DNA of 64,000 bases, taken from contig CBDHHL010000056.1 in NCBI GenBank assembly GCA_965263355.1, forward strand, positions 1,632,001-1,696,000, written 5' to 3'. Shown here piece by piece: positions 29,938 through 39,984 of this stretch. The translations under genes were made by a program, and so were the position numbers. The first letter of the stretch is position 1, and every line of letters begins with the position of its first letter. Under the pieces are notes generated by a model that saw nothing but the letters and a program-made list of their open reading frames with translations, was not told where the DNA came from and made no database searches. This DNA comes from Leptolyngbyaceae cyanobacterium. GTDB lineage: Bacteria; Cyanobacteriota; Cyanobacteriia; Phormidesmidales; Phormidesmidaceae.

Positions 29938-30567
29938 TTAAAATCCTTGCTTGAGTACTTTTAGGATTTGTAGCACGGTGTAGAGCTGATTTTGAGATTG
30001 CCGAAATAATGAAAAGTCATCAGACATTGCATAGATTGGCGTTGGAGTTTTAAGTAGCTTAATAAATAAAAAAGCATCCCCATTGGTAACCATGGCAAAG
30101 ACGGGAGCGTTGGTTTGCGGACTCGCCATCATGTAAGCCAACGCTTGGGGAATAGCACTAGAAAACGAAAATTTAGCCTGCTTAGACTCGACTAAAACTA
30201 TCCATAGCTGGTCTTGTAGCGTTAAGGCATCAATCCGTCCACGCAGAGTTAACGCTCCTTCCTCAGCGGTAATGTCTACCGTTGTTTCAGCTCTCAATTT
30301 GAAGGGAGGATCACAAAGATGACTGAGATATAACAATGGAGAAACCAACAGAAGATTAATAGTGCTTTCCGTTAACGGCCCTTCCAAGCTGTTGTGTTCA
30401 TAACTGCGCTTGATCCGGTCACAGCTAGCTTCTTCGGCGGTTGTTAGTATCGGCAGATCGGTATACCACTCAGTGAAAAACTGACGATCCATTGACCGGA
30501 CCAGGCCAAAGCTTTCCTCTGCCTGTTTGATTGATGTAATCGCTTCAGTAACCGCCAGTGTCACCAT
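29938..30567 (-). CDS. Stand-alone PD-(D/E)XK nuclease-like protein (HsdR N-terminal-like family)
   Basis: LRGRIDAL...VLVESK...IPQALAYM...MVTNG. Confidence 0.75.
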   Translation of the reverse strand: MVTLAVTEAITSIKQAEESFGLVRSMDRQFFTEWYTDLPILTTAEEASCDRIKRSYEHNSLEGPLTESTINLLLVSPLLYLSHLCDPPFKLRAETTVDITAEEGALTLRGRIDALTLQDQLWIVLVESKQAKFSFSSAIPQALAYMMASPQTNAPVFAMVTNGDAFLFIKLLKTPTPIYAMSDDFSLFRQSQNQLYTVLQILKVLKQGF

Positions 30568-30664
30568 AGGAACTCGATCTAAAAATTTTTCAAAGCTAAA
30601 TGCCCGAATTCGTTAATGATGGCATGGTTAGCCGATTTCAGGTTCGCGGACCTAGCGATCCTGA

Positions 30665-31249
30665 CTATTTCAAACGTTGTTCAATGGTTTGGAAATCGCG
30701 GCTAATTTCGACCCAAAGAGACTTATTTAAGGGGTCAGTTTTGAGGGCTTTATCCAAGTAAATGCGAGCTTTATCCAATTGGCCTTGACTGATCAGCTGA
30801 CGGCTCCAGCGCTGGTAGGTGATGGCCTGCCACTGACGGACTTCCAGATCTTGGGTAATGCGCTGGGCAAGGCCTTCAACTAGTGCGATCGCACGCGGAT
30901 ATTTCTGCTGCTTGAGCAACATTTGCAACTGCCGATAGGAATCTTGCTTCAGCTTTTGCTCATGGTCCGACAGCTCTGGATTTGTCTGGACCGGGCTAGG
31001 ATCCTCGTCTACTAAGTCTTCTGCAATCTCAACAGCTTCTTCTTCTGTCGGTTCGGTCTCCGGCTGAAACAGCTCCAGCAACGCTTCATACGCTTTAGTA
31101 ACTCGAATAAACCGATCTTGAGCCCGCTGATCATCAGGATTAACATCTGGATGATACTTACGCGCCAGCTTACGATAGGCTGCTTTGACATCGTCAAAAG
31201 ATGCCCCCGTTCGTAAGCCCAATGTCCGGTAATGATCCGATAACCCCAT
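30665..31249 (-). CDS. J-domain protein with C-terminal TPR-like region
   Basis: HYRTLGL...AYRKLARKYHPDVN. Likely ATG at 31249. Confidence 0.9.
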   Translation of the reverse strand: MGLSDHYRTLGLRTGASFDDVKAAYRKLARKYHPDVNPDDQRAQDRFIRVTKAYEALLELFQPETEPTEEEAVEIAEDLVDEDPSPVQTNPELSDHEQKLKQDSYRQLQMLLKQQKYPRAIALVEGLAQRITQDLEVRQWQAITYQRWSRQLISQGQLDKARIYLDKALKTDPLNKSLWVEISRDFQTIEQRLK

Positions 31250-31339
31250 TACAGCCAAAAACGTTGCCAAAGCTTGATATTAAAACGTAAAAGACGATTG
31301 TTGTTGGATCAACGATAAAACTTTTGGATCCACAGAGCG

Positions 31340-31936
31340 TTAGACACGTTCTTCAATCACCCGATCAATTAAGCCGTAAGCCTTGGCCTCTTCCGCTGAC
31401 ATAAAGTTATCGCGATCAGTGTCTTTTTCAATTTGTTCAATCGTTTGTCCAGTATGATCAGCCATCAAACCATTTAAGCGACGCTTGAGCTGAACAATAT
31501 GATTGGCCTCAATTTCAATATCCGTCGCCTGACGCTGCCCTACTCCACCCATGGGCTGGTGAATCATAATCCGTGAGTGGGGCAGAGCTAGACGCTTACC
31601 AGCAGTGCCAGCACATAGCAAAAATGAGCCCATGGAAGCAGCTAAGCCGACACAGATAGTGACCACCTCGGACTTGATATAGCGCATGGTGTCATAAATG
31701 GCCATACCCGCTGTCACCGAACCACCGGGGGAGTTGATGTACAAATAAATTGGCTTAGTCGGATCATCAGAATCTAGATACAGCATATACGCCACAATGG
31801 CGTTAGCGATGCCATCTGTGACTTCCTCTGTCAAGAAGATAATGCGCTCACGAAATAGGCGTTCGTAAATGCTGATCCATTGTTCGTAGGTGCTACCGGG
31901 AAGGCGATATGGAACGCTGGGAATACCAATAGGCAT
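31340..31936 (-). CDS. clpP3: ClpP3 proteolytic subunit (active)
   Basis: [15 protein letters not shown]-terminus. Catalytic Ser (AASMG), His (MIHQP) and Asp (DRDNF) present. Confidence 0.93.
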   Translation of the reverse strand: MPIGIPSVPYRLPGSTYEQWISIYERLFRERIIFLTEEVTDGIANAIVAYMLYLDSDDPTKPIYLYINSPGGSVTAGMAIYDTMRYIKSEVVTICVGLAASMGSFLLCAGTAGKRLALPHSRIMIHQPMGGVGQRQATDIEIEANHIVQLKRRLNGLMADHTGQTIEQIEKDTDRDNFMSAEEAKAYGLIDRVIEERV

Positions 31937-31968
31937 GGGTTTATGGGGGTAAGGGGTTATCTCAAAAT

Positions 31969-32607
31969 TTACGCGGGTTTCTCGATCACCCGGTCAATCA
32001 AGCCATAGGCAATGGCATCTTGGGGCGTCAGGTAAAACATCCGCTCCATGTCCTTCTGGATCTTTTCTTCAGTCTGACCGGTGTTTTCGCTCAGCAATTT
32101 GGTGATCAATCCTGTTTTACTCAGAACCTCGTCAGCATTGAGTTCAATATCGGTGGCTTGGCCACGGGTGCCGCTGTAGGGATGAACTAAGGCGATAGAA
32201 GAATTGGGTAGGCTAGACCGCTTGCCTTTAGCACCGCAGGATAGCAAAACAGCTGACATGCCAATGGCTTGGCCCATGCAAATGGTAATCACATCCGACT
32301 TGATATGACGCATCGTGTCATAAATCGCCAGGCCAGCCGTAATCGACATCATCCCTGCCGAACCATCGGCCATACCAGCCATCACTGGATCACCCAGAGA
32401 ATTTATATATAAATAGATAGGCTTATCCGGGTCTTCAGAATCTAGATACAGAAAAGCCGAAATCAGCGAGTTAGCCACACCGTCAGTCAGCGGCTGATTC
32501 AAAAACAAGATGCGCTCTTGACTCATGCGGGTGTAAATATTCACCCAAGCCCACCGTCGACTGCCAGGCAAGTTATAGGGGACTCGAATAGGACGTTCTA
32601 CAACCAT
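31969..32607 (-). CDS. Catalytically degenerate ClpP/ClpR-like subunit
   Basis: ClpP fold but AIGMS replaces AASMG and ALVHP replaces MIHQP. ClpR-type insertion after INS. Confidence 0.85.
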   Translation of the reverse strand: MVVERPIRVPYNLPGSRRWAWVNIYTRMSQERILFLNQPLTDGVANSLISAFLYLDSEDPDKPIYLYINSLGDPVMAGMADGSAGMMSITAGLAIYDTMRHIKSDVITICMGQAIGMSAVLLSCGAKGKRSSLPNSSIALVHPYSGTRGQATDIELNADEVLSKTGLITKLLSENTGQTEEKIQKDMERMFYLTPQDAIAYGLIDRVIEKPA

Positions 32608-32609
32608 GG

Positions 32610-33302
32610 CTAACCAATCCCCGCTGGGATCTGTGTCGGTAGGTCCCTAGTACTCTCTAATACCCGGTCAATTAGACCATATTCCTTGGCTTCCCCAGGT
32701 GTGAGGTAGAACATTCGATCGGTGTCTTTCTTTAGCTTTTCAGGCGTTTGCCCTGTGCAGCGGGACAGAATGTCTAGTGTAGCTTCACGGTTAGCCAAGA
32801 CTTCCTTGGCCCGAATTTGAATATCAGTAGCTTGCCCCCGTGCCCCCGTGCGTGGCTGATTAAGGACAATAGTTGCATTCGGTAAGCTAGCCCGAAAATC
32901 TTTAGTCCCTGCAGCTAAAATCATGGATGCTGTACCCATGGCCTGACCGATACAAATGGTATGAACCGGTGGCCGAATGTAGCGCATGGTGTCGCAAATA
33001 GCAAAGGCTTCAGTTTCAAAGCCAAGGGCATCACCGGTATACCAGGACGTTCCTGTTGAGTTTATATAGAAATAGATGGGCTTTTCAGGATCGTCAAATT
33101 CCAGATAAAGCAACTGGGCGATAATCAACCGGGTGACATCCAAACCCATTTGGCGCTTGTAGTCGTCTGACGACACTAGAGGCGTACCCAGATAAACAAT
33201 CCGTTCTTTTAGCAGAAGCGATTGTAAATCAGGAGGAGGAGTGCGAAACGCGGCATCTCCGCCATAATAAGGAGCCTGTACGGCTTTGATATTAGAACTC
33301 AT
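32610..33302 (-). CDS. clpR: ClpR non-catalytic subunit
   Basis: RTPPPDLQSLLLKERIVYLG, INSTGTSWYTGDALGFETEAFAI, AMGTA with no catalytic Ser. Confidence 0.93.
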   Translation of the reverse strand: MSSNIKAVQAPYYGGDAAFRTPPPDLQSLLLKERIVYLGTPLVSSDDYKRQMGLDVTRLIIAQLLYLEFDDPEKPIYFYINSTGTSWYTGDALGFETEAFAICDTMRYIRPPVHTICIGQAMGTASMILAAGTKDFRASLPNATIVLNQPRTGARGQATDIQIRAKEVLANREATLDILSRCTGQTPEKLKKDTDRMFYLTPGEAKEYGLIDRVLESTRDLPTQIPAGIG

Positions 33303-33742
33303 AGACCCAGTTAGCCCTCTGCGGTGTCAGCTATTCACCGTTCAATGGTTTAGTGCAATAAGTCCGTGATGTCACGACCCATTGACGTCTACATAGTGTA
33401 ACCCGCGCTGAACAAGCTAGCAGGCTATGAATTTGGGGGATATCCGCCCATGGCGACTACAAAAAAACTAAGCTAGAGAAATCCATACCGTACGGGTCTT
33501 TTTAAGGAATTTTACGTCAGAGCATGTAGACCCTATGGGCACCTTGCCTATGGTTTACCTGAATGTTCTACTTGAGATCTGTACTTTTACGGGAATATTA
33601 GCGAGGGATTGCAGTGAGGGCAGGCTCCAGTGAATACAATTTAGGCAAATTACGGCAATGCTTTTACGCAAATTAGGGTGATGTATTTGAATCAACCCTC
33701 TAGAACCATAGCGATAGATATCATTGGTAAGGCAAGGAACGT

Positions 33743-34975
33743 ATGAAAGCTACCGTGCAATGGTCCATTAGCGATCGCAACCTAGACACTTCTCAAACCA
33801 ATAGTCAACGACACTTGGCCATTGCCGTACAAGCTGCTTCCAGTGGTGGTGATCGCCCTCCCCTAAACCTGTGCCTCATTCTTGACCAAAGCGGCTCCAT
33901 GGGCGGCACTCCCATCAAAACTGTCCGAGCTGCCGCTAAAAAAATTGTCGATAACCTATCCCCCCAAGACCACATCTCCATCATTTCCTTTGATCACGAA
34001 GCCCAGTTAGTTGTCCCCAATCAGCTTGCTACTGATTCCGATGCCATTAAGCAAGCCATTGAAAACATTCGAGCCGGTGGAGGCACCGCCATTGATGAAG
34101 GCCTCAAGCTAGGGATCGAAGAAATCGCTAAGGGCAAAAGCGGTACCGTCTCCCAAATTTTTCTACTCACCGATGGCGAAAACGAACATGGTAGCAATGA
34201 CCGCTGCCACAAACTCGCCAAGTTTGCCGTTAACCATGGCTTTACCGTCAGCACTCTGGGCTTTGGCGACCATTGGAACCAGGATGTGCTAGAACAGCTA
34301 GCCGATGCTGGTAACGGTAGTCTGGCCTATATTCAGAACCCCGATACCGCCATCCAAGAATTTAGCCGTCTCTTTAACCGCGTTCAGGCCGTCAGCCTCA
34401 CCAATGCCTACCTGGTGTTGACCCTACAGCCCCAAGTACGTCTGGCGGAACTCAAGCCCATCGCCCAGGTCCTCCCCGAAACCATCGAACTAGACGTCCG
34501 GCGTGAAGGAGAGCAAGCCATTGTCCGTCTAGGGGACCTCATGAACAATACGCCCCGCGTCATCTTAGCTAATCTCTACATTTCCCAGCTCGCCCCAGGC
34601 ACCCACCCCATCGCCTATGCCGAAGTCCAGTACGACGACCCAGCCCTGGGTAGCTCCCTCTCCACAGATAAAGCGGTGATCGATGTCACGGCTCAAACCA
34701 TTTACCAACCCCTGAGTGATCCCCAGGTTCAGAAATATACCCTGGCCCTAGCCAAATATCGCCAAACCCAAATCGCAGAAACCAAACTGCAAGCAGGCGA
34801 TCGCACCGGAGCCATCACTATGCTGCAATCAGCCACTCAAACCGCCATCCAAATGGGGGATAAAAACGCCGCTACGGTTCTACAAGAAAACGTCACCCAG
34901 CTCCAGACCGGTCAAGACCTATCGGAACAAGCCAAAAAGAAAACCCGCATCGCCTCCAAGACAATTCTCCAATAG
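33743..34975 (+). CDS. VWA domain protein
   Basis: MIDAS motif DQSGSM, GGGT, LLTDG. Confidence 0.9.
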   Translation: MKATVQWSISDRNLDTSQTNSQRHLAIAVQAASSGGDRPPLNLCLILDQSGSMGGTPIKTVRAAAKKIVDNLSPQDHISIISFDHEAQLVVPNQLATDSDAIKQAIENIRAGGGTAIDEGLKLGIEEIAKGKSGTVSQIFLLTDGENEHGSNDRCHKLAKFAVNHGFTVSTLGFGDHWNQDVLEQLADAGNGSLAYIQNPDTAIQEFSRLFNRVQAVSLTNAYLVLTLQPQVRLAELKPIAQVLPETIELDVRREGEQAIVRLGDLMNNTPRVILANLYISQLAPGTHPIAYAEVQYDDPALGSSLSTDKAVIDVTAQTIYQPLSDPQVQKYTLALAKYRQTQIAETKLQAGDRTGAITMLQSATQTAIQMGDKNAATVLQENVTQLQTGQDLSEQAKKKTRIASKTILQ

Positions 34976-34981
34976 TTGGAA

Positions 34982-35611
34982 ATGCGCCTTCGCTATTTGC
35001 TCAAAGCGATCCAATGCGGCTTTACCGGCAAGCCTGGTGATACTGCCGCCTATAAAGCCGCCGCCTTTGGCACCCCTTCCTACGGCGATCTCGATCAGCG
35101 GTTAGCCGTTTTAGCCAATCCCCTACCTGAAATCACCCTGGAGCAGCTACATTCGCAGCCCACTGGCAGTTTCGGATATACCCTAGCTGAATTTCTTGCC
35201 CACAACGATCTCCAGCCCCTTGTCCTATCTCCAAAAACTCGCACCGAACTACGTAAAGCGTCGCTGTTAGCCGTTCGCTATCCCATTCTCCACGATGCCT
35301 TCCATGTCCTACTCGGTTTCGACACCAGCCTGGCTGGAGAACTCGGCGTCTGGTCCTTTGTAGCCGCCCAGCACTACAGTCCAGCCTTTGACCGAGCCGT
35401 CTCTATAGGCCACTGGGTAACACGGTTGCTAACACCCTGGCAGTGGCAGCGCTTACAGAGTTATGAACAAGCTGGAGCAGAGTTAGGCAAACAAGCTACC
35501 TGTGTAATTGTCCAGCCTTTGGAAGAGTATTGGAGCATGGCGCTGGAGGAAGTCAGATTAAGGTTTGGCCTGCCAGCAGAGGGATGGAGAAAAAGTGCAA
35601 TTATCCCTTAA
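34982..35611 (+). CDS. Coq4-family protein
   Basis: LEQLHSQPTGSFGY...HDAFHVLLGFDTSLAGE (HDxxH...E metal motif). Confidence 0.8.
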   Translation: MRLRYLLKAIQCGFTGKPGDTAAYKAAAFGTPSYGDLDQRLAVLANPLPEITLEQLHSQPTGSFGYTLAEFLAHNDLQPLVLSPKTRTELRKASLLAVRYPILHDAFHVLLGFDTSLAGELGVWSFVAAQHYSPAFDRAVSIGHWVTRLLTPWQWQRLQSYEQAGAELGKQATCVIVQPLEEYWSMALEEVRLRFGLPAEGWRKSAIIP

Positions 35612-35639
35612 CTTTTCAGAAATTTATTTGCCACAAACC

Positions 35640-36689
35640 ATGCAAATCACCTACACCCCAATCACCCTCCACAAAAAAGTCCCCCTCACCATCAGCCGCG
35701 GCACCCGTTCCCAATCCACCAATCTCTTCATCCAAATCACCGCCGACAACATCACTGGTTACGGCGAAGCCACCCCCTTCTCCATCGGCGACCAAACCCA
35801 AACCACCGAAACCATCACCCAATCCCTCGACCAAATCATCGAAGGCATTTCCATCTACCATCCCCTCGACCGCCAAATTATTGAAGAAAGCCTCGACCAA
35901 ATTGTCCCCTGCTCTGCCGCCCGCGCCGCCATTGACATTGCCCTTTGGGACTGGCTCGGCAAAAAGGTCGGTCTGCCCCTATGGCAACTGTGGGGACTCG
36001 ACCGTCAGCGCATTGGGCCAACCGCCGTAACAGTGGGCATTAATACCCCCGAGGCAGCATGCGATCGCATCCGCCGCTGGCACACAGACTACCCCGATCT
36101 CCGCTCCATCAAAATTAAACTCGGCAGCCCCGCAGGCATCGCCGCTGACCAAGCCATGTTTAGTGCCCTACAACCTGAATTTCGCCCCCAGGACAAAATC
36201 AGCATTGATGCCAATGGAGGCTGGACCCTCGACGATGCCCAAACCATGGCCACCTGGCTAGCCGAGCGTAACGTCACCTACCTGGAGCAACCCCTCCCCG
36301 TCAGCGCCAACCACCAGCTAGCAGAGCTAAAACAACAATCTCCCCTACCTATTTTTATCGACGAAAGCTGCTTTACCAGTCGCGATATCATGCCCCTGGC
36401 CCAGCACATCAATGGCATCAATATCAAACTAATGAAATCCGGTGGCCTCACCGAAGCCCGTCGCATGATCAACACTGCCCGTGCCTGCAATCTCAGTGTC
36501 ATGTTTGGCTGCTATTCCGACAGCGCCCTCGCCAATACAGCCTTAGCGCAGCTATCCCCCTTAGCCAATCACCTCGACCTCGACAGCCACCTTAACCTCA
36601 AAGAAAATCCCTTTGATGGGGCCACCCTAGCACTAGGCCGTCTCATGCCCAACGAGCAATCTGGATTAGGTATTACAAAAACCGCATAA
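35640..36689 (+). CDS. L-Ala-D/L-Glu dipeptide epimerase (enolase superfamily)
   Basis: PLTISRG, KIKLG, IDANGGW, EQP, DES, NIKLMKSGG, DLD. Confidence 0.9.
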   Translation: MQITYTPITLHKKVPLTISRGTRSQSTNLFIQITADNITGYGEATPFSIGDQTQTTETITQSLDQIIEGISIYHPLDRQIIEESLDQIVPCSAARAAIDIALWDWLGKKVGLPLWQLWGLDRQRIGPTAVTVGINTPEAACDRIRRWHTDYPDLRSIKIKLGSPAGIAADQAMFSALQPEFRPQDKISIDANGGWTLDDAQTMATWLAERNVTYLEQPLPVSANHQLAELKQQSPLPIFIDESCFTSRDIMPLAQHINGINIKLMKSGGLTEARRMINTARACNLSVMFGCYSDSALANTALAQLSPLANHLDLDSHLNLKENPFDGATLALGRLMPNEQSGLGITKTA

Positions 36690-36797
36690 GCCTGCCCAGT
36701 TAATAACACTTATCAAGCCACTTATGGATACGACTGTTATAAAGATGGGCAATGCATTTTCTTCGCCTACACCAAATTGTTCTCGATGGCATGTAGT

Positions 36798-37103
36798 CTA
36801 TCCAGCAAAAACACTAATTAACGTAATTACTCCACCCATCACCATCAACCCAGCAGGCATAAACTTTTTTGTTTTGACCAGGCGAATAATAAATACGATC
36901 ACAAGTACCAGGGTGACAATCTTGACCACCCAAAGACCACTCGCAATGCCGCGAGCGGCTCGCATTGTTCCGATCAGTAAAAGGAGCCCACTGACAATGC
37001 CAGAAATTAACGAGGGCAGACTACCCGCTTTGCGATAGCCAACAATGCCACCAACTATAGCGAGAATTCCATAGATCAATGCGATGATAAGTCCTAACGA
37101 CAT
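36798..37103 (-). CDS. TMEM14-family small membrane protein
   Basis: YGILAIVGGIVGYRKAGSLPSLISG...KTKKFMPAGL. Confidence 0.9.
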   Translation of the reverse strand: MSLGLIIALIYGILAIVGGIVGYRKAGSLPSLISGIVSGLLLLIGTMRAARGIASGLWVVKIVTLVLVIVFIIRLVKTKKFMPAGLMVMGGVITLISVFAG

Positions 37104-37117
37104 AAGTTAACTTGAGA

Positions 37118-38416
37118 ATGAAGGAATTTGAGGCGACAACAGCTACCATCACTCAATACCGACAGCAAGCAGCCTCGCTTTTAATTTATCAGGATGTTCT
37201 CAACGATATCGTAGGTCAAACATTTTTATCGCTATTAGCAGCCCTCAGTACTGGCAAAGGCTTAGCTAACGAACGCGTCCAATGCATGACGGCCTATGGC
37301 GAATGGTTTCAGGCATTAGCCAGTACGGGAAAAAGCTGGGGGGACCATTTACTACAGCAGATATTGATGGCCGATAATGCCTTTACCAGAGCCGCCCAGA
37401 GTCTTACTGTAGCCGAGCTACCAGTTCCCTTATTAGCTGCAGCTCGTCATGATCTGCAGATTCTCCAAAAGCTATATACCTTATCCCCCAGTCATATTAG
37501 TCAGTGTGTGCAAACCGCCTGTCAGCTGACCCAGGCACCCGTCGTATGGTCATTACTTCCAGAACCGATGCCCGTAGACTTATCGTCCAATTGGTCAGAT
37601 GGTATTCCTCACTTGGTGGCCTACTATCAGCGTCAGGGCACAGGTCAATTTGGCCAGTTCCATGGCTTTCGTTGGCAGCAGGGGAAACTGCTAGGCATTG
37701 CTAAGCCAGATCCCATTCGCTTAGACGATCTAGCGGGCTACGACGCGCCTAAAAATACCCTGGTAAAAAATACAGAATTTCTACTCGCTGGTTTTAATGC
37801 GCTTAATGTCCTGCTATACGGTAGTCGGGGGGCAGGTAAGTCTTCCTTGATTAAGGCATTGCTCAATGAATATGCCGACCGTGGCTTGCGTTTGATTGAG
37901 GTGGCCAAGGCAGATTTGTATGACTTGCCAGCAATTTTGGAATACCTGAGGCCTCAGCCACAAAAGTTTATTCTCTTTGTGGACGATCTCTCGTTTGAGG
38001 AAGATGATGATGCCTTTAAAGCCTTGAAGGTTGTCTTGGAGGGAGGCATTACCCGACGGCCTCAAAATGTGGTGGTTTATGCCACATCAAATCGACGTCA
38101 TCTGGTCAGAGAATTTTTTGCTGATCGTCCCCGACTCAAGGATGCCGATGAACTAAAGTCCTGGGATACGGTACAAGAAAAGCTCTCCTTTAGCGATCGC
38201 TTTGGCCTCACCCTCACCTTTGAAGCAGCTGACCAGCCTATATATTTAGACATTGTCCATCATTTGGCGGCACAGGCAGGTCTGGATCTACCAATCGAAG
38301 ATTTGGACTATCGGGCTAGACAGTGGGCAACTCGCCACAATGGTCGTTCAGGACGCACTGCGCGACAGTTTATCGATTTTTTATCGGCGGAACTAGCCTT
38401 GGGTGAGGGGAAATAA
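37118..38416 (+). CDS. DUF815-family AAA+ ATP-binding protein
   Basis: GSRGAGKSS, FVDDLSFE, YATSNRRHL, GRSGRTARQF. Confidence 0.88.
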   Translation: MKEFEATTATITQYRQQAASLLIYQDVLNDIVGQTFLSLLAALSTGKGLANERVQCMTAYGEWFQALASTGKSWGDHLLQQILMADNAFTRAAQSLTVAELPVPLLAAARHDLQILQKLYTLSPSHISQCVQTACQLTQAPVVWSLLPEPMPVDLSSNWSDGIPHLVAYYQRQGTGQFGQFHGFRWQQGKLLGIAKPDPIRLDDLAGYDAPKNTLVKNTEFLLAGFNALNVLLYGSRGAGKSSLIKALLNEYADRGLRLIEVAKADLYDLPAILEYLRPQPQKFILFVDDLSFEEDDDAFKALKVVLEGGITRRPQNVVVYATSNRRHLVREFFADRPRLKDADELKSWDTVQEKLSFSDRFGLTLTFEAADQPIYLDIVHHLAAQAGLDLPIEDLDYRARQWATRHNGRSGRTARQFIDFLSAELALGEGK

Positions 38417-38420
38417 AGGG

Positions 38421-39725
38421 ATGGGTAAATGGGGACGCTGGATGTTAGGACTGGTGGTTCTGGTGAGTGTGGGGGGTGCGATCGCATCCATTACCAAACT
38501 CATCCACAACCAAAACCGCATTTACACCATTCGCTTAGCCACAGGAGGGCCTGCAGGGGAATATTATGCCTTTGGCCAAGCCATTGCCCAAGTCACCGAA
38601 GTGCATGAACCCAAAATCCGAATTGAGGTGATCGAGTCTGACGGCTCTAATCAAAATATGGAAGACGTGCACAGCCATGCCGTCGATCTCGCCTTAGTCC
38701 AAAATGACACCCCCATAAAACGCAATGTGCGTGCCATTGCCCAACTGTATCCCGAGATGTTTCATTTGATTGCCAACAAAGATGCAAACATCAATACCTT
38801 GACAAATCTAAAGGGTAAGCGTGTTGCCCTAATGCCTGAGGGTAGTGGTTCCTACAATCTTTTTTGGCCCTTGATCCAACATTATGGTCTGACTAAAGAT
38901 GACTTTCAATTTCGTTCCATGGCCGTTATTGAGGCCCATACCGCGCTTCAGAACGGCACCGTCGATGCATTGTTTCGCATTATTGGTTTGGGTAACAGTA
39001 GCGTGGCTGACTTGCTTGCTGATGGACAATTTCAGCTAGTCCCCATCGACCAAATCGGCGCGTTACAACTGACTCAACCTTACCTAGAAGCTACCGTTAT
39101 TCCCAAGGGCAGCTACGATGGAGGCTCCCCTGTTCCGTCCAAAGATTTACCGGTTGTATCCGTCAGTGCACTCCTGATTGCCCATACCGATGTTAATCCC
39201 GATGTCGTCAAAGCCATCACGCGCATTCTCTACGAACATCGCAGTGATCTGATTCGCATCAATCCCCGTACAGCTAACATTCAGTCCCCAGACGCCAGCC
39301 AAAACCTGGGGTTTCCACTGCACGAAGGGGCTCGTGCCTATTACAACCAAGATAACCCAAGTTTTTTGGTCACCTATGCAGAACCCATTGGCCTACTGAT
39401 GTCTGTGGGCATTCTCATCTGTTCTAGCCTGTGGCAGGGACGGCAATGGCTGATCAGCAACCAAAAAGATCGCGCTGATCGCTACAATCTAGAAATTTTA
39501 GACCTGATCGAAAAAATAGAACAGGCTAAAGACTGCGAGGAATTACAAGCGTTACGACAACAGCTGCTTGAAATTCTCAGAAAAGTTGTTGTTGATCTGG
39601 ACATTGATCGGATCTCACCAGAATCCTTTCAATCCTTCACCTTTCCCTGGGAAGTTGCCAATACAGCCATCCGCCACCAAGAAATTATCCTCAGTGGTCG
39701 CACAACGTCTGTATCTAAGCATTAG
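38421..39725 (+). CDS. TAXI-family solute-binding protein with extra C-terminal TM and helical domain
   Basis: ATGGPAGEYYAFG, GSNQNM, LYPEMFHLI, GSGS, PLHEGARAYY. Confidence 0.85.
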   Translation: MGKWGRWMLGLVVLVSVGGAIASITKLIHNQNRIYTIRLATGGPAGEYYAFGQAIAQVTEVHEPKIRIEVIESDGSNQNMEDVHSHAVDLALVQNDTPIKRNVRAIAQLYPEMFHLIANKDANINTLTNLKGKRVALMPEGSGSYNLFWPLIQHYGLTKDDFQFRSMAVIEAHTALQNGTVDALFRIIGLGNSSVADLLADGQFQLVPIDQIGALQLTQPYLEATVIPKGSYDGGSPVPSKDLPVVSVSALLIAHTDVNPDVVKAITRILYEHRSDLIRINPRTANIQSPDASQNLGFPLHEGARAYYNQDNPSFLVTYAEPIGLLMSVGILICSSLWQGRQWLISNQKDRADRYNLEILDLIEKIEQAKDCEELQALRQQLLEILRKVVVDLDIDRISPESFQSFTFPWEVANTAIRHQEIILSGRTTSVSKH

Positions 39726-39758
39726 TCACAGAACTCATCAGCTCTAACCTCAACAATT

Positions 39759-39920
39759 CTAGTGCAGCATCAATGCTAAAAGTTAGGATTCTGTATTGAT
39801 TAAGAATCCTAGCATCAGCTATGTCCCCAGGGCTATAGGAGCAAACGTCACTCTTCATCCCGCTTGACTCTTCACGCTTGACTAGCCTCATCCTCAATCT
39901 TAGGCTTGACAAACCACTAG
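39759..39920. mobile_element. MITE, copy 2 (~162 bp)
   Basis: CTAGTGCAGCATCAATGCT...AGGCTTGACAAACCACTAG, colinear with 22448-22611. Confidence 0.75.
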
Positions 39921-39984
39921 ATTGCTTGTCGTATTTGCCAAATAGAAATGTCTCTTGCACACAGTCTCTAAAACTGTTTTTACC

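Noticed and set aside
29938..30567. Type I restriction-modification system
   Set aside because: Only a short nuclease-like domain. No helicase, HsdM or HsdS nearby.
35530..36030. Pro/Ser/Lys-rich 166-aa ORF
   Set aside because: Alternate frame of the epimerase gene, kept open by the C-rich composition.
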